Assembly: GCA_050740695.1 (NCBI GenBank)
Contig: JBOIDR010000008.1
Span: 4 to 64,003, forward strand
Source: Gammaproteobacteria bacterium
Lineage (GTDB): Bacteria; Pseudomonadota; Gammaproteobacteria; JACCXJ01
Length of the DNA stretch: 64,000 bases
Direction: 5' to 3'
The notes beneath the pieces were generated by a model. The model searched no databases and was not told the DNA's origin. It saw only the letters and a list, made by a program, of their open reading frames with translations. The translations under genes and the position numbers were made by a program. Position 1 is the stretch's first letter. Each line of letters opens with the position of its first letter. Of this stretch, positions 40,066-48,927 are shown piece by piece.

Positions 40066-41586
40066 TCAGAATTTAATCATCCATTCCATCCGCAACCCGT
40101 AAGAGGGCCCGACTCCTTCCTGGCCGGCGACAAAAGAGTCCAAACGCAGCACATGGCGCTTGCCGATAGCGCGCTGATAGCGGGCGCCAACACCAAGGAC
40201 ACCTTCGTCTCTCTCGCCCTTGGTGCTGGTGCGGGCACCCAGCTCCAAGATCACTTGCCCATCGATTCCACCGAGAAACGTCTGGTAGCCGATTGCCGTA
40301 CCAATGGTATCGTCAATCGGCTGCCCGAGAGGCACTCCGTAACGGCCCATTCCCACCGGGCCGTACAAGATGCCGAGGTTTGCCAAAGGCCCCCCCTGAT
40401 CCGGACTCCGCGCAGCCGATGTGAACCGGTCGATGTTCCAGAACGTATTGAAATACGCGACACTGTCGGAACCGGGCAGCGTGCCGGACAGTTGCGACAA
40501 CAGCAGCACTCCGCGCCCGACCGTCGCCGTTTCGTCATCCTCCGGAACGGACCCGGTAACCCGGAACGTCGTGTTCAGCCAGCCGAAGCGTTGGGTCGAC
40601 GCAGCGCCCAGGTACCAGGCGTTTCCATCTCGATCGTCGTCAACATAGATGACATCCATAGATACGGTGTTATTCCATGCGGTGTCGGCTTCCGAGAACA
40701 GACCGAACAGATGCGCAGCGTGATCATTGTTGTTGTCGGCCAGGTCGTTGTTGCCTCTATTGATATGATTCCACCCAAATACTCCGGTCACGCGGAGGTT
40801 CGATACACCCTCGAACACTAGGGAGTTGCGGGTGACGCCCACCATATCGATGATGTCGTTCACCAGCAGCCCATCCTGGATCAGTACCGGCTGGCGACCG
40901 ATCGAAAAGCCCACGTCAAAGGCCCGGGAGTCCGTCGGGTCCAAGCCCGGAAAGATCTCACCGAAATCACCCTCAAAATAAAGCTGCGTCAGCCTGGCGT
41001 TGAAATCCTCCTGCCACCCCTGATCTTCGTCGGGCTCGAAATTGTAGCCCGTATAGTTTCCGGTTTCGCGATCGATCGGCCGCATGGAGAACAGCAGACG
41101 CTCCGTTCCCGACAGGTTCAGGTTACCGTGCACATCGAGCCGGTTGGCCCATTCGATGGTATTTACATCGCCGCTCTCCAAGCTTTGGAATGCCGTCCGG
41201 AAGGTTCCGAACAGCAAGAACCAAGGCTGTAGCATCTGTCCGGTCGGCGTTCTGATGCCGGGCGAGATCGGCCCGCTTCCGAGAAAAGGGTCACCGATCT
41301 CGATGAGCGGCCGCAAGCGTTCGACCGGATCTACGGGATATTGCACGACCTCATCGGGCAGACGCCATGGATCGTCGTCCGTCACCACGCGGTCGGGATA
41401 GAAATCTACGGCACTACGACCTTCGGGAACGGTTGTTTCCGTTACCGGATCCCGGGTTATCGGTACGTTGGACCGGCCGTTTGGCGGCTGATCTCCTTGT
41501 GCTAAGGCAATACCATTCGCGAAGATCGTGAGCATCACGAGCGATCCCAGGAGTCGTCCCACCGCTGTTTTACTCGATGACGACAT
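40066..41586 (-). CDS. putative outer-membrane beta-barrel protein (porin-like), family not recognised
   Basis: 506 aa. Signal peptide MSSSSKTAVGRLLGSLVMLTIFANGIALAQG. Alternating-polarity segments rich in G/Y/F/N/D. C-terminal LRMEWMIKF with a terminal Phe. Its start overlaps the cytochrome stop by 17 nt. Confidence 0.65.
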   Translation of the reverse strand: MSSSSKTAVGRLLGSLVMLTIFANGIALAQGDQPPNGRSNVPITRDPVTETTVPEGRSAVDFYPDRVVTDDDPWRLPDEVVQYPVDPVERLRPLIEIGDPFLGSGPISPGIRTPTGQMLQPWFLLFGTFRTAFQSLESGDVNTIEWANRLDVHGNLNLSGTERLLFSMRPIDRETGNYTGYNFEPDEDQGWQEDFNARLTQLYFEGDFGEIFPGLDPTDSRAFDVGFSIGRQPVLIQDGLLVNDIIDMVGVTRNSLVFEGVSNLRVTGVFGWNHINRGNNDLADNNNDHAAHLFGLFSEADTAWNNTVSMDVIYVDDDRDGNAWYLGAASTQRFGWLNTTFRVTGSVPEDDETATVGRGVLLLSQLSGTLPGSDSVAYFNTFWNIDRFTSAARSPDQGGPLANLGILYGPVGMGRYGVPLGQPIDDTIGTAIGYQTFLGGIDGQVILELGARTSTKGERDEGVLGVGARYQRAIGKRHVLRLDSFVAGQEGVGPSYGLRMEWMIKF

Positions 41587-43687
41587 TTCGCTCCCAAAGA
41601 ACGCGGTAAAGATCGACTAGTTTGTCTCCGATGGCTCGCGCACTGAGTCCGTACTCGAAGCCCGCTCCTGATATTGCATGGATCAAATGCGGAGGGAGCT
41701 GGCCCGCCACGAGCTTGACATTGAGACGATAAGGCGTTCGACCGGTGAGGAGCTCGGGACGAACGTGGTAACCTGCCCAACGATGCCCCAGCGCCTCGAT
41801 GTTTTTCTTCTGTAGCCGAAGGTCGCGAATGCCGCCAAACAGTACCGACGGTGTGTCGGAGGGTCGCATGAAGACCAGCGGATTCAAGGAGTAATTGGCC
41901 GGTATCACCTGCTCGCGCTCTCCGCCATGAATGGTACGAACCAGAATCGGAGAGCGCAGGTTGAAGAGCTGTTCGTCTAGTGGTACGGCGCCATTGTGCA
42001 CGTACAAGGAGTGCGTGTCGCGAACGTCTCCGTTAGGATCCAGATCGCCGGAGCGGAACATCAGCGTTCCGTCGGCGTCGGTCACTAGGATCTGCAGGAA
42101 GACGTTGCGCTCGGCAATCAACCCCGAGGGCACACTGTGGCCATCAGTCAGGTTCTTGACTTCTACGTCGAATTTGAGCCCTTCGTCTCTTTCAATGATT
42201 CGTACTTCACCGAGGCCATAGCCGTTCCGCAATAAGGTAGTGGCACGGTTCCGGTTCTCGGCCAGTAGCTCCAATTGGCGGTCGATAATCTCGCGGGCCG
42301 CAATACGTTCTTCTCGATCCGCCCACATTCCGGGATATTGTGCGCCTTCGGGCACCGTCTTTTCGAACGCTTCGGATCCCCATCCGGCTTCGACGTCAAA
42401 ACTAAGCCATTCCTCCGGGGTGGCAAACTCCTGCGCCTCCGGGTTGATGGGAAAGATGCCCGGATGGACCACGGAACTATCGGGTCCCGGGAACATATGA
42501 TTGGTGCGCCTAGCGGGCCGGGTTGGCGCACCGCGGACGATTGCTGCGGAAGCGGGCGGGTACTCCGACGGGATGCCGGAGATGGGACCCATATGACAGC
42601 CCTGACACTTGACGCCGCGTTTAGCCGCCGGTGCTTGCTTGTATTCACTAAACAGGTCCTCGAACCGGATGCCGTTCGCTAAGCGTACATCGTGGCAGCG
42701 AGCACAGAACCCCGGTTGGGAGACCTGGTCAAGAAGGCGTGCCTCGCGATGGGTTTTCGGGGGATCTTCGGAATGGGAATCGAGGACACGTCGCAGCTCA
42801 TCACCTTCGCGGGGTCCGTATATTGGGTTTCGGATATCGCCGGGTTCGAGAGGAAAACGGCCGGTGATTTTGCCATAGGCCTCGGGAACGCGGTGACAGA
42901 CGACACAAGTGATTCCCTCCAGAGCCACTTTTTCACGGTTACTATTGCTGGTGAGAATCGGCTCGCCGGTAAACATGCCCACTTGGGTGTGACATCGCTC
43001 GCAGAAATCACCCAGCGTCCCCTTGGTCAATTTCACCAAAGTCGCCTGGTACGCAAGAAAGGTGGGACTTATCTGAGCGAAAGCATGTCGCGAGACGGAC
43101 CATTCACGATAGATTTGCAGGTGGCAGGCGCCGCACTCTTGAGCAGAAGGGAATTCGGCCTTCTTGAACAGTTTGTCGTGAGACTTTAGCGCGGATGTGC
43201 TTTCACCATTGTCGATCGGCGTAGGGGCGGCCTTGGACGGAATCCCCGCCTGACCGAAATCGTGACGGATGAAATTGATCAGATGCCATATGACCTCCTT
43301 TGCTAGGTGATTCTTGAAGCTGGGCATAGGGGATCTGCCGGTCCTGATTTTCGTGTAGAGCGCGCCGTCAGACTGCGCTAACACCTCGGAGCTCGTGAGG
43401 TTCGCGACCGCTGTGCCAAGGGCCGCCGCTATCGGCCCATCCCCTTTGCCGGTTTGTCCGTGGCAATGTTGGCATTCTCGCAGGTACAGAGTTCTGCCCG
43501 TCGTCACGGAGGACGCGTCCGCCGCAGTCGGATTTGCGATTCGCGCAAGACGCGGTGACACTCGCCAGTTGTTGGAGCGTTCTTGCTCGGCCGTTGCGGG
43601 TTCGTGTATCAGGGATGAACCGATCAAGGACAGGATGGCAGCGCAAAGAGCGTACCGGCGTGATGATGGGTGTCCCATGTGGAATCC
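41570..43687 (-). CDS. secreted multiheme c-type cytochrome (six CXXCH) with large heme-free C-terminal domain
   Basis: Start at ATG 43687 (MGHPSSRRYALCAAILSLIGSSLIHEPATA signal). CQHCH (class-I-like module with MPSF), then CGACH, CERCH, CVVCH, CARCH and CQGCH. The last 330 aa or so lack heme motifs. Confidence 0.85.
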   Translation of the reverse strand, partial: GFHMGHPSSRRYALCAAILSLIGSSLIHEPATAEQERSNNWRVSPRLARIANPTAADASSVTTGRTLYLRECQHCHGQTGKGDGPIAAALGTAVANLTSSEVLAQSDGALYTKIRTGRSPMPSFKNHLAKEVIWHLINFIRHDFGQAGIPSKAAPTPIDNGESTSALKSHDKLFKKAEFPSAQECGACHLQIYREWSVSRHAFAQISPTFLAYQATLVKLTKGTLGDFCERCHTQVGMFTGEPILTSNSNREKVALEGITCVVCHRVPEAYGKITGRFPLEPGDIRNPIYGPREGDELRRVLDSHSEDPPKTHREARLLDQVSQPGFCARCHDVRLANGIRFEDLFSEYKQAPAAKRGVKCQGCHMGPISGIPSEYPPASAAIVRGAPTRPARRTNHMFPGPDSSVVHPGIFPINPEAQEFATPEEWLSFDVEAGWGSEAFEKTVPEGAQYPGMWADREERIAAREIIDRQLELLAENRNRATTLLRNGYGLGEVRIIERDEGLKFDVEVKNLTDGHSVPSGLIAERNVFLQILVTDADGTLMFRSGDLDPNGDVRDTHSLYVHNGAVPLDEQLFNLRSPILVRTIHGGEREQVIPANYSLNPLVFMRPSDTPSVLFGGIRDLRLQKKNIEALGHRWAGYHVRPELLTGRTPYRLNVKLVAGQLPPHLIHAISGAGFEYGLSARAIGDKLVDLYRVLWERNVVIE

Positions 43688-44368
43688 GGTGCTTTGCCTG
43701 AGTCGGTGCCTCTCAGAATGAATCATGTCAGCATGAGATGTCGTGGCGGTCGTGACCGCGTGATCCTTTCCCGGCTCCGTGATGGCTTTCACGGGGCGGA
43801 GGCTCGTCGGCGGCCCAGGGTTGGCTAAGGATACGAAGTGCGGCTCCGCTTGCTCAGTGACATTTCGCACAACCGGTTTGTGACATATTTGCATTCTGTC
43901 TTGAAAGAACGCCGTGCAGCTCGCAGCGCGTGAATCACGTTCACGGAAATTTTGCGGGATCACCCGCCAGGAAGCCGTGATTAAACGCAGTTGGCGGATT
44001 CGGGCGGTACGGAATACCTGAATCGTTGAAGGGCCGTGAGGAAACTGCTTGGGTGTGCACCGCACAGAGGTCGCGGAGGCCCGGTCGAGCGGATTCTCTG
44101 CGACTGCCTCGTGGCAGCGAGCGCGGGGGAGATCGCGCGCGGCGAGGCGCAGGTCATCGCGCGTTATCCAGGCGAGCCCTCGCCGCTCGCCCAGGGGATC
44201 CTAAAAGGCAAGCGCTACTTTCGGGTCCGCTGTCTCCGGCCGGCCAACCGCGCGGTGGCCGGCCGTTCCCAAGCCGGGCGATTGGCTCTTATGAAACGAG
44301 CGCTACCCTCAGGTCGGCGCGCCGGACCCGCTGTCGTCTTTCGATCTCTCGCCCGGTGTTCCGGCCTT

Positions 44369-44997
44369 AATTAGGGTGGCGAGCACCGAAACGCCCTCCT
44401 TGCGCTCCGCGAGCCTATCGAGGCGCATGCGGCGGACCCGCTCGGGCTCGTGAAACGTTTTCTCGCGACGGGGCTCATCCGCGATCTCAGCGAGCTGTCC
44501 CAGGGCGCGCCGGTGGTCCATGAGTACCATGGGATCGGTCGTTATCTCGGGTTGTTTTTACTCGATGCCGGCGGCACCCGGGCGAATACCTGGACATCGA
44601 ATACGCCGCTGGCGAGATCCTGGGCGAGGAGCGGAGCGGGCATATCCAGGAAATCGGCTTTGGCCTCTATTCCGAGCTATTTGCAATGCGCGGTTGCCAG
44701 ACCTCGTGCGTGTGACCCGGCTCAAGCTCCGCGCCGCGCCACTCTGGGTCAAGCGCGTGGACTTGGGTCCCAAAGGCGGACGCATCGTTTTTCACCCCGA
44801 GGCCAAAGTCGATCCCATCTCGGTGGTGCGCGTGGTCCAGAGTCAACCCGCTCGCTTATCGATTCGAGGGCACCGAGCGCCTCCGCATCACGGCCGATCT
44901 GCCCGAGAGCCTGCAGCGCATCGAAGCGCTGCATGCGGTCTTCGATCGGCTTGCGGAGCGGGATAACGATGCTGGCCGAGTGACGCGGCCTGCATAA
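44369..44997 (+). pseudogene. partial mfd copy 3 (five-segment mosaic including one inverted segment)
   Basis: 44369-44414 matches the reverse complement of mfd 33596-33640. 44415-44468 matches 33655-33708. 44470-44610 matches about 33980-34121. 44611-44697 matches about 35442-35528. 44700-44997 matches about 35753-36047 and includes the stop. It is more diverged than copy 2. Confidence 0.85.
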
Positions 44998-45091
44998 GTT
45001 GGCGGCCGGCCGCCGCACCGCGCTCAGAGGCGATCGGGGGGGTGTCGTGGCCTGGCCGGTTCGAGGATGAGTGGAGCAACTTGGATTTGGC

Positions 45092-46423
45092 CTAGAACGG
45101 GGCGCGGCCGGTCGGGGGCTTGCGCCGGACGTAGCGCTGCATCAATGGAGTGACCGAGACGCCATGGATCACGATCGACGTCGCCACCACGGTCAACGTC
45201 ATGGCGATGAATGGCTCAGCCAGAGCGGCGTCGAGCCCGTGGTTGATCGCATACATCAGATAATAGACGGAGCCGATCCCGCGAATGCCGAACCATGCCG
45301 TCAGCACGCGCTGCTGGCGGGTCGTCGTGGAGCCGGCGATGCATACCCACACGCAAACCGGCCTGATCAGCAGCAGCAGCACCGGGACGAACCAGTATGC
45401 GGCGTCCGGAACGGAGATGAACGCGAGCATCGCACCGACGATCAAGACGACGGCAACCTCTACGATCCGCTCCATCTGCTCGTTGAACCCGAGGATCGCG
45501 CGCTTCAAGTGCGGGCCGGCCTGGAGCGGATCGATAGCCACGGCGTTCCTCGATCTTTCGTCGACCGGTAACGCCACCTCTTTCGTACGCCCGGGCGAGG
45601 AAGTCCACGCAATTGGGGTGTCCTCGGCGCGCCGCAGTGCGAGCCCAGCCGCGAACACCGCCAGGAAACCGTAAGTGTGAGCCAGGACCGCGATGCCGTA
45701 CGACAGCGCGATTAGGCCGAGCGCTAGGAACTCGTCGAAGCCCACAGCCTCCCGGTGGCGCACACGCAGATAGAGCACCAGGTTGCCGATCAGACGGCCG
45801 GAAACAGCGCCGATGAGCAGTCCTCCGACAATCGCCCAAAAGCAATCGATGGCGAGCCAGCGCGCTCCCCACGGGCCGAGTTCGTGCAAACCGAGGAGCC
45901 CGAGCCCCAGCATGGCGAACGGGAACGCCAGGCCGTCGTTGAGCCCGCCCTCGCCGGTCAACGCGAACCGCAGCCGATCGCGATCCTGCGGATCGGCCAC
46001 CTGCACTTCCGAGGCGAGAACGGGATCGGTGGGCGCGAGGATCGCTCCGAGGAGAATGGCCGCGCCAACCGGAAGCCCGAGCGCGGCGACGCCGATCAAC
46101 GCGATGGTGCCCACGGTGAGCACCATCGCCCCCAGCGCCAGGGAAATCGCGAGCCGCCACCGGATGTCCGAAAGCGGCGCGCTCAACTTGAGGCCGGTGA
46201 CGAAAAGCGAGATCAGCACTGCCGCCTCGGTCACGTGTTCGAGCACCGTCGAATCGTTGATCGGATCGAGATGCAGCAGTGCAACGCCCGCCGGCCCCAA
46301 CGCGGCGCCCGCCGCGAGATACAGCATGGACGGGCTGACCGGCAAACGCTTCAACAGCGCACCGGTCATCGCCATCGTGATCAGCAACAATCCGAGGACG
46401 ACAGCCCAGACCGCGAAAGTCAT
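45092..46423 (-). CDS. cation:proton antiporter (Na+/H+ exchanger family)
   Basis: 443 aa with about 12 TM helices. N-terminus VLGLLLITMAMTGALLKRLPVSPSMLYLAAGAALGP and an LAPTDPVL motif typical of CPA1-type exchangers. Confidence 0.85.
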   Translation of the reverse strand: MTFAVWAVVLGLLLITMAMTGALLKRLPVSPSMLYLAAGAALGPAGVALLHLDPINDSTVLEHVTEAAVLISLFVTGLKLSAPLSDIRWRLAISLALGAMVLTVGTIALIGVAALGLPVGAAILLGAILAPTDPVLASEVQVADPQDRDRLRFALTGEGGLNDGLAFPFAMLGLGLLGLHELGPWGARWLAIDCFWAIVGGLLIGAVSGRLIGNLVLYLRVRHREAVGFDEFLALGLIALSYGIAVLAHTYGFLAVFAAGLALRRAEDTPIAWTSSPGRTKEVALPVDERSRNAVAIDPLQAGPHLKRAILGFNEQMERIVEVAVVLIVGAMLAFISVPDAAYWFVPVLLLLIRPVCVWVCIAGSTTTRQQRVLTAWFGIRGIGSVYYLMYAINHGLDAALAEPFIAMTLTVVATSIVIHGVSVTPLMQRYVRRKPPTGRAPF

Positions 46424-46505
46424 CGGTGGGGGTAGGACAATAGCTCGCGCGAGGCGCCGCCACGCGTCAGCTGATGGGCGCGCCGCCTGGCGCGCGCCTG
46501 GCGGA

Positions 46506-46883
46506 TCAGGCGGTGATCATGAGCAACGCGGCGGCCACGCGCCTGCCTTCGGAGCTCAAGACCATGAAGCTACGGCAGGCGGCGGCCGTGTCCATGACCT
46601 CGAAACCGATATGGTGCCGGGCGAACGGAGCCGTGACCTCGCGGCTCGGGAAGCGCAGTCGCGCGCCGGTCCCGAGCACGGCGAGCTCGGGTCCGAGCGC
46701 CGTGATCTGGTCCAGATGTTCGGCCCTCAGCTCCTCGAACCCCTGGGGCGGCCAGTCGCGCACCAGGCGATCGGTCGTGATGATGAAGCTCCGGGTGAGG
46801 GTCTCGTCGTTTACAACGATGGCGCCCAGTCGATATCCGCGGATCGCGTAGCGGCCCAGCCCGTAATCCAGGTCGAACTTCAT
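46506..46883 (-). CDS. Mth938-like (DUF498) domain protein
   Basis: Start at ATG 46883. GYRLGAIVVNDETLTRSFIIT...ELAVLGTGARLRFPS...HIGFEVMDTAAACRSFMVLSSEGRRVAAALL matches the family pattern. Confidence 0.7.
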   Translation of the reverse strand: MKFDLDYGLGRYAIRGYRLGAIVVNDETLTRSFIITTDRLVRDWPPQGFEELRAEHLDQITALGPELAVLGTGARLRFPSREVTAPFARHHIGFEVMDTAAACRSFMVLSSEGRRVAAALLMITA

Positions 46884-46888
46884 CGCGC

Positions 46889-47437
46889 TCACATGGGCGA
46901 GGGGCGTTTGTTCAGCTTGCGCTGCAAGGTGCGCCTGTGCATCCCGAGCCGCCGCGCGGCACTCGAGACGTTCCCGGTGCATTCCGTGAGTATCCGCTGG
47001 ATGTGTTCCCATTCGAGCCGATCCACCGAGATCGGTCGGGGCGCGGGGTTGACCTGCGGATCGCCCTCGTCGCGGTCGAAGGCCGCCACGATCTCGTCCG
47101 CATCGGTGGGTTTGGTCAGATAATGGGTGGCCCCGAGCTTGATGGCCTCGACCGCCGTCGTGATGCTCGCATATCCCGTCAGGACCACGACCTTGGCCGC
47201 GCCGCCCGGCTGACACAGCGCCGAGACCAGCTCCAGTCCCGAGGGACCGGGCATGCGCAGATCCACCACGGCATAATGGGGGGCCTCCGCCTCGGCCAGT
47301 CGGCGTGCATCGGGGACATTGTGCGCGATGCGGACGGCGAAGCCGCGTTTTTCCAAGGCCTCACCGAGGACCCCGCAAAAGGTCTCGTCGTCATCGACGA
47401 GCAAGAGCCGCGGGCCGGGAAGGGCTTCCGAGATCAT
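46889..47437 (-). CDS. regA: two-component response regulator, RegA/PrrA/ActR type (receiver plus Fis-type HTH)
   Basis: LLLVDDDETF...VVDLRMPGPSGLELV...LTGYASI receiver domain. C-terminal NVSSAARRLGMHRRTLQRKL HTH, which is nearly invariant in the RegA family. Confidence 0.85.
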   Translation of the reverse strand: MISEALPGPRLLLVDDDETFCGVLGEALEKRGFAVRIAHNVPDARRLAEAEAPHYAVVDLRMPGPSGLELVSALCQPGGAAKVVVLTGYASITTAVEAIKLGATHYLTKPTDADEIVAAFDRDEGDPQVNPAPRPISVDRLEWEHIQRILTECTGNVSSAARRLGMHRRTLQRKLNKRPSPM

Positions 47438-47444
47438 CCCTCGA

Positions 47445-48764
47445 TCATACCCGCTGCGACGCCAGCAAGGGAGCCAGCGCCACGCTGATGCGGGCACACA
47501 CCCCGGCGCCCGGCAGATCGCTCACCGTCAGCTCGCCGCCCAGGCGGTTCAGCGTGCTGCGCGCGAGATAGAGCCCGAGTCCCATGCCCTTGCCGGACGG
47601 TTTGGTAGTCACGAAGGGCTCGCCGATGCGGTCTTTGATCTCGGGCGGCAATCCGGCCCCGTCATCGGCCACCTGGATCGAAAGTGCGTCGGAGGACCAG
47701 CGCACCTCCAAGTCGACGTTCCGTGCCGCGGCGTCCGCCGCATTGTGCAAGACATTCAAGATCGCTTGGTCGAGCGTACGATCCGCGACGATCTCGGGGG
47801 CCGGCTGCGGGCCCTCGAAACGCGATGCCAGGGGCACGCCGGGGCGCAGCGCGCGCCACTCCCTGATCAGATCTTCCAGGTAACGGTCCACCCGCACCCT
47901 CCGGCCGGCATCGGCCTGCACCTGCCCGGCGCGCGCCGCCATGTTAGCGAGGATGCTCTTGCAGCGAATGATCTGCTCGCGCAGGAGCCCGATGCGGGCC
48001 GTGAGCACCGCTTCGCCGCGGTGCTCGCGCTCCATCTCCTTGGCTACGATCGCCATGGTGCCGAGCGGCGTGCCGAGCTCATGGGCCGTCCCGGCCGCCA
48101 AGGTGCCGAGTACCACGAGCTGGTTGGCCTCGAGAGCCCGTTCGCGAGCCGCCGCCAGCTCGTGCTCATGGACGCGCAGTGCGGAGCCCATCTTGGCGAC
48201 GAAATAGGCGACGACCCCGGCGCTGAACATGAAACCCCACCACATTCCCCAGATATGCTTGGTGAAGTCATGCCCGATCTCTTCGCCTTGGGGCGGGTGT
48301 ACCTCAACGTACAGGGGATGCACGTGGGTGAACATCAAGACCGTGTAGCAGAGGACGGACTCCGCAGCCACGCACCCGGTCAGGGCCGGCCGCAACAGCG
48401 CCGCGGCCACGATCACCGGGACCAGCAAGAGCGAGGCGAAGGGGTTGGCGGCGCCCCCGGCGAACAACAGCAGGGCCGCCATCCCGAAGACATCGATGGA
48501 TAGCTGTCCGAGCATCATGCGTTCCGAGACCGGTACTCCCGGCTTGATGAAACGCGCGCTCACCAAGGTCAACACGGTGAGCGCGGCGATCACGATGGCC
48601 ACGGGCAGGGCCGAGGGCGGTACGGCGAGGATATAGTTGGATACGAACACCGCGGCGAGTTGCCCGGAGATGATGACGGCGCGCAGCAAGAACAGGTACT
48701 GCAGGCACAGCCCCGTCAATAGGCTCGCGGGTGCCGGACGGATCGGGGTAGTCGTGTGGTTCAT
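47445..48764 (-). CDS. regB: sensor histidine kinase, RegB/PrrB/ActS type
   Basis: Start at ATG 48764. Six TM helices including the GGAANPF box. H-box GTLAAGTAHELGTPLGTM. HATPase N/G boxes (LHNAADA, DDGAGL, GMGLGL). Confidence 0.85.
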   Translation of the reverse strand: MNHTTTPIRPAPASLLTGLCLQYLFLLRAVIISGQLAAVFVSNYILAVPPSALPVAIVIAALTVLTLVSARFIKPGVPVSERMMLGQLSIDVFGMAALLLFAGGAANPFASLLLVPVIVAAALLRPALTGCVAAESVLCYTVLMFTHVHPLYVEVHPPQGEEIGHDFTKHIWGMWWGFMFSAGVVAYFVAKMGSALRVHEHELAAARERALEANQLVVLGTLAAGTAHELGTPLGTMAIVAKEMEREHRGEAVLTARIGLLREQIIRCKSILANMAARAGQVQADAGRRVRVDRYLEDLIREWRALRPGVPLASRFEGPQPAPEIVADRTLDQAILNVLHNAADAAARNVDLEVRWSSDALSIQVADDGAGLPPEIKDRIGEPFVTTKPSGKGMGLGLYLARSTLNRLGGELTVSDLPGAGVCARISVALAPLLASQRV

Positions 48765-48927
48765 GTCACGATGTGGTCGGTGAGGCGGGGCGGGAGCCAT
48801 GTTACCACCGTTGCGATACCCACCTTCCCCTGTCCGCCTGGCGGACGAGGGAAGGTCGGGATGGTGGTCAAGCGTGTAGAATTCACCAAGCGCCCTGTTT
48901 TGTACCCTACATTCCAACGCGTGCCAT

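Noticed and set aside
43688-44368. Possible genes (two 112-114-aa ORFs) in the 680-bp gap upstream of the cytochrome gene
   Set aside because: The products are Arg/Gly/Ala-rich without motifs. The stretch more likely holds the cytochrome promoter plus junk adjoining the mfd mosaic, and it contains an 18-nt mfd identity at 44127-44144.
45216-47123. 415-aa minus-strand and 446-aa plus-strand ORFs over the antiporter gene
   Set aside because: These are out-of-frame or antisense to a 12-TM antiporter with a clean hydrophobic periodicity. Their products are Arg/Pro-rich.
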